Below, in pieces: positions 19,422 to 26,337 of a DNA stretch of 32,000 nucleotides. This DNA is from Thermodesulfobacterium commune DSM 2178 (GTDB lineage Bacteria; Desulfobacterota; Thermodesulfobacteria; Thermodesulfobacteriales; Thermodesulfobacteriaceae): NCBI RefSeq assembly GCF_000734015.1, contig NZ_CP008796.1, forward strand, positions 990,001 to 1,022,000. The letters run 5' to 3'. Below the pieces are notes generated by a model. It saw only the letters and a program-made list of their open reading frames with translations, searched no databases and was not told the DNA's origin. Within the stretch, counting starts at the first letter, position 1. Each line of letters begins with the position of its first letter. The position numbers were made by a program, and so were the translations under genes.

Positions 19422-19518
19422 AAAAAAAAGTTACTTCTTTTCCCTGATCATAAATTAAAATTTTTGGATCCTCTTTAAGCTCTGTCTTTATTAAATTTAA
19501 CCACTTAGCTAACTTCAC
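19396..19518 (-). pseudogene. Upstream fragment (receiver beta1-alpha1) of the GGDEF gene, out of frame by one base
   Basis: GTG at 19518 overlaps the TAG of the upstream gene (TAGTG), with GAGAGG 7-8 nt upstream. It reads [33 protein letters not shown], then runs out of frame and stops at 19396. Removing one base of the homopolymer joins it to ...LEEILEPYKVEI of the main ORF. Confidence 0.6.
19420..19429. other. A10 (T10 on coding strand) homopolymer at the frameshift point
   Basis: Ten consecutive A at 19420-19429, counted directly from the sequence. Confidence 0.95.
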
Positions 19519-20723
19519 TAAAATTCCTCTCTTTCTTTTTTTAAAAAATCTCTAAGGATCTGTGCATGGTCAAAAACTAAAAAATCCCATGGAATTTCTT
19601 CTAACTTAAATACTCGAGCCTCTTTAGCATCATCCATTCCTTTAAGCGTCCCTTTACCTTTAGCCACAAATACTGTAGAAATAGTATGAAACCTTGGGTC
19701 TCTGTCAGGATTTGAATAACAACCAAGAAGATATTCGAGCTCTATGTCTAAATTAGTCTCTTCTTTAGCCTCTCTTATCGCTGCCTGTTCCAGGGATTCT
19801 CCATAGTCTACAAAACCTCCAGGTAATGCCCACCCTTTAGGGTAATTTTTTCTATAGATTAACACGATTCCATCGCCAAACTTAATGATAATATCTACCG
19901 TAGGAAAAGGATTTTTATACGGTTTAAAGGTATCTAGATGGTATTTTGAGGTTATCTCTATCATAGCTTGATGAATATGACTGTTTGAAGCCACTATGGT
20001 GTTTAGGAAAGGATGGTAAGGGTTACCTAAATAATCTGTAACCTTACCCCCTGCCTCTTCCACAAGAAGGATTCCAGCTGCGGTATCCCAGGGTTTAAGA
20101 TAGGGTTCCCAAAAACCTTCATACCTTCCACAGGCAACGTATGCCAAATCAAGAGCAGCAGAACCAAAACGTCTAACTCCCTGACATTTTGTCATAAACT
20201 CTTTAAATAAAGGGATAAACAAATCAGGACTATCCATGATTTTAGATACAGGAAAACCAGTACATAAAAGCGAAGATAACAAGTTATCTACCGAAGAAAC
20301 CCTAATAGGATTCCCGTTTAGGTAGGCCCCTTGACCTCGTACTGCATAAAAAAGTTCGTCTGTCATCGGATTATAAACCATCCCTAAAACCGGTGTTTTA
20401 CCTTGCATCAAGGCCACTGAGATAGCAAACCAGGGAAGACGATGAGCAAAATTGGTAGTTCCGTCTAACGGGTCAACCAACCAAAAAACCTCGGGCAACT
20501 CTTTTTCAGGGTGATAGCTTTCTTCAGCTAAAATAGAAGCAGAAGGAAAAATCCGTTTCAAACCTTCTTTAAGCTTTTCCTCAGACTTAAGGTCAACAGA
20601 GGTTACCAGATCTATTTTTCCTTTATGAAAAACCTCAACCGAAGAAAAATAAGACTGTTTTTGAAAACTGCCAACTTCTAAAACCAAATTTTTGAGAGGG
20701 TCTATCAGCTTTATCCAATCCAT
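19518..20723 (-). CDS. Fusion protein: inositol monophosphatase/FBPase-family domain + C-terminal Nudix hydrolase domain
   Basis: IMPase motifs EES..., [12 protein letters not shown] and WDTAAG lie in residues ~1-260. The Nudix box [24 protein letters not shown] (G-x5-E-x7-REUxEExGU) lies in residues ~300-325. It is one uninterrupted 401-aa frame. Confidence 0.88.
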   Translation of the reverse strand: MDWIKLIDPLKNLVLEVGSFQKQSYFSSVEVFHKGKIDLVTSVDLKSEEKLKEGLKRIFPSASILAEESYHPEKELPEVFWLVDPLDGTTNFAHRLPWFAISVALMQGKTPVLGMVYNPMTDELFYAVRGQGAYLNGNPIRVSSVDNLLSSLLCTGFPVSKIMDSPDLFIPLFKEFMTKCQGVRRFGSAALDLAYVACGRYEGFWEPYLKPWDTAAGILLVEEAGGKVTDYLGNPYHPFLNTIVASNSHIHQAMIEITSKYHLDTFKPYKNPFPTVDIIIKFGDGIVLIYRKNYPKGWALPGGFVDYGESLEQAAIREAKEETNLDIELEYLLGCYSNPDRDPRFHTISTVFVAKGKGTLKGMDDAKEARVFKLEEIPWDFLVFDHAQILRDFLKKEREEF

Positions 20724-20861
20724 GATAAATAAAGGATATTATAATCTTCCAAAATTACAAGACACCTTCTTTATTTTTATTACTGATCGATAGGTTGACA
20801 AAAAGAGGTTTTAATTTCAAAATGTTATAAAAGCTTACCATCAGAGGATAAGGAGGGAAGG

Positions 20862-21605
20862 ATGGATAAAAAAGGCTTGTCAATGATAATTTTCATGGTA
20901 ATAGCTTGGGTGACCTTGGTTTTAAACAAGGGATTAGTTTACGCAGAAACTAAAAGTAGTCATCCTAAAATCACTACTGTTTCAACCTCACTCAAAGAAA
21001 AAAAGGAAATCATACCGAATGTGTTGAAGCTTGCTGTTGAAGCATCTACCCAACCTTTACCTAAGGAGATAGAAGTCATAAACCTTTTAGGTACGATAGA
21101 CAAAAAAGTGAAGGCCTTAGGGGTAAAATACCAGGGAGGAAGGTACAATATATACAAAGACTGTCAATGGATAAAAGATAAACAAGTATGCTATGGTTAT
21201 AAAGGCTTCCTTTCTTATGTTTTTGAGCTAAAGGATCCCGACGAACAAACCAAGGTTTACTCTATGTTTGAAGAGGCTAAAAAGATATATGGTGATAAAC
21301 TCGATTTTTCTGTAACCAACACCTACTGGACGATAACAGAAAAAGACCTGGAAACCATTACAGAAGAGTTAAAGTTAACTTTAATAACTAAAGCTATAAA
21401 ATTTGCCGAAAAGGTTTCTAAAACCCTTAATAAATCCTGTCATATCACTACCCTAAACCTTGACCAACGTGGTGATGGTATCGTCATCCAAAAAGCCTCT
21501 TTATTAAAAAGTTTTTCTGAAGAAAAAGCAACGATAGAGCCTCCAAGCCCCAAACAAGAACAAACAGTAGAACTTTCTGCCTATGTAGTTTTATCCTGTT
21601 ATTAG
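20862..21605 (+). CDS. Secreted hypothetical protein, possibly SIMPL/DUF541-like
   Basis: N-terminal signal-like hydrophobic segment (MIIFMVIAWVTLVLNKGLVYA). AAGGAGGG lies upstream. The overall pattern (YGYKGF..V.ELKD, central helix KAIKFAEKVSKTL, C-terminal beta strand VELSAYVVL) loosely resembles SIMPL-domain proteins. The family call is weak. Confidence 0.6.
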   Translation: MDKKGLSMIIFMVIAWVTLVLNKGLVYAETKSSHPKITTVSTSLKEKKEIIPNVLKLAVEASTQPLPKEIEVINLLGTIDKKVKALGVKYQGGRYNIYKDCQWIKDKQVCYGYKGFLSYVFELKDPDEQTKVYSMFEEAKKIYGDKLDFSVTNTYWTITEKDLETITEELKLTLITKAIKFAEKVSKTLNKSCHITTLNLDQRGDGIVIQKASLLKSFSEEKATIEPPSPKQEQTVELSAYVVLSCY

Positions 21606-21702
21606 TCTTTGAATGATTAAAAAAAATTTTAATGTTAATCCTATCAAAGGCCTTGACAAAATATGATTTTAATTTATTTTTATGAATAACTCATTGAAGT
21701 AT

Positions 21703-21775
21703 TCCCCGGTAGCTCAATCGGCAGAGCGGTGGGCTGTTAACCCATAGGCTGCAGGTTCGAGTCCTGCCCGGGGAG
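21703..21775 (+). tRNA. tRNA-Asn (anticodon GTT)
   Basis: Hand-folded cloverleaf. Acceptor stem TCCCCGG/CCGGGGA and D arm GCTC-AATCGGCA-GAGC. The anticodon arm is GTGGG-CTGTTAA-CCCAT and the T arm is GCAGG-TTCGAGT-CCTGC, with discriminator G. It is 73 nt and CCA is not encoded. Confidence 0.93.
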
Positions 21776-21885
21776 CTTATTTTAATTTTTTTAAACCTGT
21801 GAGAATCTATCTTTGGATTAATCTAAAAATTTTCAACTATTAGGTTTCTTTAAATGTCTAAAAATTAAATCAAAGGAGTTTGCCG

Positions 21886-23220
21886 ATGGAAGAGAGCCAA
21901 AAAGGAAAAAATATCGTTTCTTCGGAAGACAATGTAGACAAAGTTCTTGAAGAACTAGGTAGTCCAATCTATCTTTCAGAACTTAGGAGAAAAACCCTTA
22001 CAGAGCTTTATTCTATAGGAGAGCAATTAAACATAGAAAACATCTATAACTATTATAAAAAATCTGATGTAATCTACAACATCATAAGCACTTTACTTAA
22101 TAAAGGGGTAGAGATCATAGTAGAAGGCGTCTTAGAAGTTTTACCAGAAGGCTTTGGCTTTTTGCGGTTTAACGACTACAATTATCTTCCAAGTTCAGAA
22201 GATATCTACGTTTCTCCTCCACAAATAAGAAAGTTGGGTCTAAAAACCGGAGATACGATCTTAGGTTACATTAGACAACCTAAGGAAGGAGAAAAATATT
22301 TTGCCTTAGCCAAGGTGGAAAAAGTTAACTATCTTCCACCAGAAATAGTTAGAACCAGAACTCCTTTTGACCATCTTACCCCTATCCATCCTAACCAATG
22401 GCTTAGGTTAGAAACCACCCCAGATAATCTTTCAACCAGGATTATAGATTTATTTGTTCCCATAGGGAAAGGACAAAGAGGTCTTATCGTTGCACCTCCA
22501 AGAACAGGAAAAACGGTCTTGTTACAGAATATCGCCAATGGAATAGTAACTAATTACCCAGATGTATATTTAATCATTCTCTTGATAGATGAAAGACCTG
22601 AAGAAGTAACAGAAATGCAAAGAATCGTCCCCAAGGCTGAGATTGTAAGCTCTACCTTTGATGAACCACCTCAAAAGCACACCCAAGTTGCTGAAATTGT
22701 TATAGAAAAGGCCAAAAGATTGGTTGAGTGTAAATATGACGTGGTAATCTTACTTGACAGTCTTACCCGTTTAACCAGGGCTTATAACGTGGTAGTTCCT
22801 TCAAGCGGAAAACTTCTTTCAGGAGGAATTGATGCCAATGCCTTACACAAACCCAAAAGATTCTTCGGCGCTGCAAGAAACATAGAAGAAGGAGGTAGCC
22901 TCACCATCATTGCCACCTGTCTTATAGACACAGGAAGCCGTATGGATGAAGTAATCTTCGAAGAGTTTAAAGGTACAGGCAACATGGAAATAGTCTTAGA
23001 TAGGCGCTTGGCTGATAGAAGGATCTGGCCTGCCATAGACATCCATCTTAGTGGTACCAGGAAAGAAGAACTTTTATTACCTCCTGATATTCTTCATAAA
23101 GTCTGGTTATTAAGAAAGGTCCTCTCGCCTCTGTCTTCAGTAGAATGTATGGAGTTCCTTATCGAAAAAATGAAAGACACCTCAAGCAACCAAGACTTTT
23201 TAAGCAAAATGAATCAGTAA
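21886..23220 (+). CDS. rho: Transcription termination factor Rho
   Basis: N-terminal Rho_N-like helix bundle, the RNA-binding region GFGFLR and Walker A APPRTGKT(V)LL. Also [23 protein letters not shown] and RRIWPAID. The start is set at the ATG at 21886 (AAAGGAG 8 nt upstream) rather than the TTG at 21880. Confidence 0.95.
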   Translation: MEESQKGKNIVSSEDNVDKVLEELGSPIYLSELRRKTLTELYSIGEQLNIENIYNYYKKSDVIYNIISTLLNKGVEIIVEGVLEVLPEGFGFLRFNDYNYLPSSEDIYVSPPQIRKLGLKTGDTILGYIRQPKEGEKYFALAKVEKVNYLPPEIVRTRTPFDHLTPIHPNQWLRLETTPDNLSTRIIDLFVPIGKGQRGLIVAPPRTGKTVLLQNIANGIVTNYPDVYLIILLIDERPEEVTEMQRIVPKAEIVSSTFDEPPQKHTQVAEIVIEKAKRLVECKYDVVILLDSLTRLTRAYNVVVPSSGKLLSGGIDANALHKPKRFFGAARNIEEGGSLTIIATCLIDTGSRMDEVIFEEFKGTGNMEIVLDRRLADRRIWPAIDIHLSGTRKEELLLPPDILHKVWLLRKVLSPLSSVECMEFLIEKMKDTSSNQDFLSKMNQ

Positions 23221-23230
23221 ATCGACAGAA

Positions 23231-23259
23231 AGCCTTGGTCAGGACCACCTACCAAGGCT
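23231..23259 (+). terminator. Possible stem-loop downstream of rho
   Basis: AGCCTTGGT (23231-23239) pairs with ACCAAGGCT (23251-23259) around an 11-nt loop. No canonical T-run follows immediately. Confidence 0.3.
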
Positions 23260-23332
23260 CTATCAAGGTTTCCTATTTATTTTAAACCTTTCCTCGACTT
23301 TAGAAAAAGAGTAAGATAGGCATCAGATTTAA

Positions 23333-23354
23333 TCCGTAGTGTTCTTTTAATTGT
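23333..23354 (+). repeat. Solitary relic resembling the terminal inverted repeat of IS-A
   Basis: TCCGTAGTGTTCTTTTAATTGT compared with the IS-A left end TCCATAGTGTTTATTTAATTGT (25008-25029) gives 19/22 identical by hand count, in the same orientation. Similarity stops after this. Confidence 0.45.
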
Positions 23355-23461
23355 AAACAAAATAAAGAGTTGCCCTTTTAAACCTAACAGTCCTCTCAAA
23401 AAAAGAAAAGCATCTCTACATCTTGTAGAGGGATATTTTTACCTTAACATGTAATATAAAA

Positions 23462-23490
23462 TTAGACAATCTTTATAAGCTTGATATAAT
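23462..23490 (+). promoter_or_regulatory. Candidate strong promoter for the orphan repeat-protein gene
   Basis: TTAGAC (23462-23467), exactly 17 nt, then TATAAT (23485-23490) preceded by TG at 23482-23483 (extended -10 TGaTATAAT). Confidence 0.45.
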
Positions 23491-23532
23491 AATTCAAGGA
23501 TAATTAAAGTTATTATGCAATAGAATAGAAAC

Positions 23533-24216
23533 ATGAAAAACAAGCTTATTAACGAGTGGTGTCTGTTATGTGAACCTCCTTGTTTTAAATTTCGATATCA
23601 TGCTACTGATTTAGATCTTTTTATGATTCGAGAAAAAATCCATCAACAAGAGCTTGATAGTGAAGCAAAGGTGAAAAAAGCAGATTTAAACCTTATTACA
23701 ACTTTGCTTAGAAAAGGAAAAGGGTTGATAGAGTATTTTGATGAGCCGATGCAGTATCCTCAAGACCACTGGTGGTGGCATTTAGATAAAATTGTTGAAA
23801 AGTCCTATCCCCAGGAACTCCTTCCTGAATATCTTAGAGTGGTTTACGAAAAAGCTTTAAAAGGTGAGATCAAGTTAGCCTACGATTCTTATCAAAGTGA
23901 ATTAATAAAAAGTTGGGTTTTATTCTGTGAATTTCCTGACGATCTTCTTTATTATGCTTCTGCACCTGCCCTTTTAGAAACAAGAGAGGAAATTCATCAA
24001 CAAGGTCTTGATGATGAAGAGGATGTACAAATCGCTGATCTTATGTTAATAGAAGTTGTATTACAAAAAGGGGCAGATCCTTCTGACTTATTTGATGATC
24101 CTCAAAAGTATCCTTTTGACCACTGGTGGTGGCATTTAGATAAAATTGGAGAAAAAACTTATCCTGCTCAACTTCTACCGGAATACTTGAGAAATATTTA
24201 TTTAAGAAATAAATAA
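23533..24216 (+). CDS. Hypothetical protein made of two diverged tandem copies of a ~100-aa module (DHWWWHLDKI core); no family recognised
   Basis: The 227-aa ORF is bracketed by a good promoter candidate and a 13-bp-stem terminator. Residues ~5-104 and ~123-222 align without gaps, with about half the positions identical. No Shine-Dalgarno sequence lies before the ATG. Confidence 0.7.
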   Translation: MKNKLINEWCLLCEPPCFKFRYHATDLDLFMIREKIHQQELDSEAKVKKADLNLITTLLRKGKGLIEYFDEPMQYPQDHWWWHLDKIVEKSYPQELLPEYLRVVYEKALKGEIKLAYDSYQSELIKSWVLFCEFPDDLLYYASAPALLETREEIHQQGLDDEEDVQIADLMLIEVVLQKGADPSDLFDDPQKYPFDHWWWHLDKIGEKTYPAQLLPEYLRNIYLRNK

Positions 24217-24226
24217 AAACATTAAC

Positions 24227-24285
24227 GGAGATATTTAAGTTTTTCTTTAAGAGGCCTTCTTAAATATCTCCTTTTTTTCTTTTTT
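24227..24285 (+). terminator. Strong intrinsic terminator after the orphan gene
   Basis: GGAGATATTTAAG (24227-24239) pairs perfectly with CTTAAATATCTCC (24259-24271), followed by TTTTTTTCTTTTTT. Confidence 0.85.
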
Positions 24286-24540
24286 AATAAGATAAGGAAT
24301 CAAATAGGCTTCTACTAAAGTTTTTAAAAACACAACAACTAAAAAAACAACTAAAAATGTAATAAAAAATAAAACCATCAAAGGACCGATGAGAAGACCT
24401 ATGATAGACTTTAAAGACAAACTCAACATAGCAGGTATACGAATGTATTCCAAAGTTAAAAGAATACATTAACTAAAGTATACTACTAATTTCTAAAGAA
24501 ACAAAATATTTCTAACATTGCCAATTGATTTGGGAGTTCC

Positions 24541-24700
24541 CTTTATATCCCACATGATTCAGATGAAACTTATACTACTGCTACTCAAAAACCGAAGAGT
24601 GAAATTGCTTTATATCTCACATGGTTCAGATGAAACACGCATGAGGAAGTTTCCAAAAATTCTTCTTCTTTCTTTATATCCCACATGGTTCAGATGAAAC
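24541..24700. CRISPR. Mini CRISPR array: three 29-nt repeats and two spacers (38 and 35 nt); no cas genes in the window
   Basis: Repeats at 24541-24569 (CTTTATATCCCACATGATTCAGATGAAAC), 24608-24636 (CTTTATATCTCACATGGTTCAGATGAAAC) and 24672-24700 (CTTTATATCCCACATGGTTCAGATGAAAC). Each of the first two differs from the third at one position. Spacers are unrelated to each other. Orientation is unresolved: the plus strand ends ...GATGAAAC, while the minus strand reads GTTTCATC...ATATAAAG. Confidence 0.8.
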
Positions 24701-25017
24701 CCAATTGTCAAAGAACATAAAAAAATTACATGCAAAAGCTTTATACATAAAAATTTTAAAACAATTTATAATTTTATCCACAACCTGAATTTTATTTTAT
24801 CTGCATCAAACCTTCAATCGATTTTAAAAAAGCTAATAAAAAATATCTTCATTATGTAGCATTCATTAAGTTTATTCAAATTTTGGCAGAAAACCAGGTT
24901 CGATGCAAAATCATAAAATATTCCCTGTTATTTCCTTTTCAATTCCAAGGACTATTTTTCTGTAGTTCAACCTGTTCTCAAGACTGTAAAAATATATAGA
25001 ATTATTTTCCATAGTGT

Positions 25018-25356
25018 TTATTTAATTGTGTCTGCCAATTTTGGGTAAGAAGTCTCCCTCCTAAAATTAGATATCGCTTCTTGAAATCCAGGTAAACTCC
25101 TACCCCTGTATCTCTCGTTCATCTCCAACAATACCAAATATACCACCTTACAAACTGAATCCACTCCCGAAAATACCTCTATCACCTTAGCCCTCATCAA
25201 GATATCCTTCATTAGCCTCTCTAATTGATTCGTAGTGTAAATAAACCTTCTAACCTCCTCCGGATATCCCATAAACGTCGTAAGCTCGTTAAAATTCTCC
25301 TCCCACTTCCTTACTACCTCCGGATATATTCTACCCCATCTCTCCTTAAACTTCAT
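25018..25356 (-). pseudogene. IS-A transposase, C-terminal fragment (IS256/Mutator family)
   Basis: FIYTTNQLERLMKDI contains the family's catalytic Glu region. The stop codon sits inside the terminal IR. It is cut off from its N-terminal 277 aa by IS-B. Confidence 0.85.
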
Positions 25357-25357
25357 C
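25350..25357. repeat. Target-site duplication (left copy) of the IS-B insertion
   Basis: ACTTCATC sits immediately left of the IS-B left end and is identical to 27669-27676. The flanking bases differ on both sides, so the duplication is exactly 8 bp. Confidence 0.85.
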
Positions 25358-26329
25358 GGGAGTAGAATATAAATTGTGTCTTTTAATAAAATATTTTAGA
25401 GGCATAATAAAAATTTTTAATATTTTTTAAATTAATGATAACATAAAACCTAAAAAACTAAACTAACCAGGAGGTCTTTAAAATGGGGAACTTAGACTTA
25501 GATTTAGAAAAAGTTTTAAGTGAAATCTCAAAAATTGAATCAAAAGAGGGTATCAAAATGGCTGCTGCACTCCTCTTAAACGCTCTCATGAAAAAAGAAA
25601 GAGAAATATTCCTTAGAGATAGTATTGATAATAAAGCTAATGGTTACTATGAAAGACAACTTGCCTGTTTCTTAGGTAACCTTGGTATCTCTGTCCCAAG
25701 AGATAGAAAATCTGAATTCAGACCTGCTATTCTTCCTCCTGAATGGCAAAAAGCTGATGAATCTTTCCAGGACTTTATCCTTAACCTCGTTCTCCAAAGC
25801 TACTCCCCCAATAAAATCAAAGCCCTCTTGCAATCTATGAAACTTCCCTACTCCCCAGAACAAATAGAAGAAATTAAAGAAGAATTGTATAACCAAGCCA
25901 AAGAATTAAAAACCAAAGAATTGCCAGAAAATTTGTTTGCTATGTTTATAGACGCTTATCATACTCAGATAAAAGATACCGAAGTCAACAGAATCAGAAA
26001 AGCAGTTATTTATAATATCATCGGAATAGATATGGAGGGAAGAAAAAATTTACTTTCTTATTACATTTATTTTGGTTCAGAGACGAAGGAGGACTGGCTC
26101 CAGATACTTAATGATTTGATAAAGAGGGGAGTTAAGAGGGTTATGGTAATAGTGAGTGATGATTTTCCTGGCCTTGCTCAAGCCATAAAAGCCCTTTTTC
26201 CTGAGACAGATCATCAGCTTTGTTTTGTACACATGCAAAGGAACATCAACAGGAACATGTCTAAGCAGGATGCTAAAAAATTTTATGAGGAGTTAAGCAT
26301 TATAAAGAGGATAGAGGAGTATGAGAGGG
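25358..26329 (+). mobile_element. IS-B, 5' 972-bp partial copy (left IR, 5' UTR, first 282 codons)
   Basis: Collinear with 26330-27301 with 3 substitutions in 972 bp (25854 C/T, 26025 A/G, 26176 G/A). It ends abruptly at the left IR of the next copy. Confidence 0.9.
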
Positions 26330-26337
26330 GGGAGTAG
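25483..26337 (+). pseudogene. Truncated IS-B transposase (lacks the C-terminal catalytic Glu region)
   Basis: Matches the full copy through ...RIEEYER, then reads into the next copy's IR and stops (GE*). It retains FIDAYH and VSDDFPGL but not YTTNVVEN. Confidence 0.9.

Noticed and set aside
21703-21775. tRNA-Asn as an integration site for the island
   Set aside because: The island starts about 1.5 kb further on, after the complete rho gene. No integrase is present, and I saw no direct repeat of the tRNA 3' end elsewhere in the window.
20960-23042. Minus-strand ORFs 20960..21157, 22329..22538 and 22782..23042
   Set aside because: They are antisense to the secreted protein gene and to rho. 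No start context was found.
24247-24453. 68-aa strongly hydrophobic minus-strand ORF between the orphan gene and the CRISPR relic (and the alternative-frame 61-aa ORF at 24284..24469), a possible small membrane protein partner
   Set aside because: It starts at a TTG with no Shine-Dalgarno sequence. The plus strand here is A-rich, so the minus strand is T-rich and yields Phe/Leu/Ile/Val strings by composition alone. Its Lys-rich C-terminus is simply the complement of the orphan gene's terminator T-run and stem. It is not excluded, but there is no positive evidence. Ribosome profiling would settle it.
24442-24470. Hairpin AATGTATTC / GAATACATT (9-bp stem, 11-nt loop) left of the array, as a possible small-RNA or leader element
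   Set aside because: It has no following T-run and no conserved partner. A single 9-bp AT-rich stem is expected by chance in this composition. I noted it only in case transcript data show a 3' end there.
24479-24580. Shared 9-10 nt TATACTACT between the degenerate left repeat region and spacer 1
   Set aside because: The offset (92 bp) is out of phase with the 64-67 bp array period, and the match is short. It is probably a coincidence.
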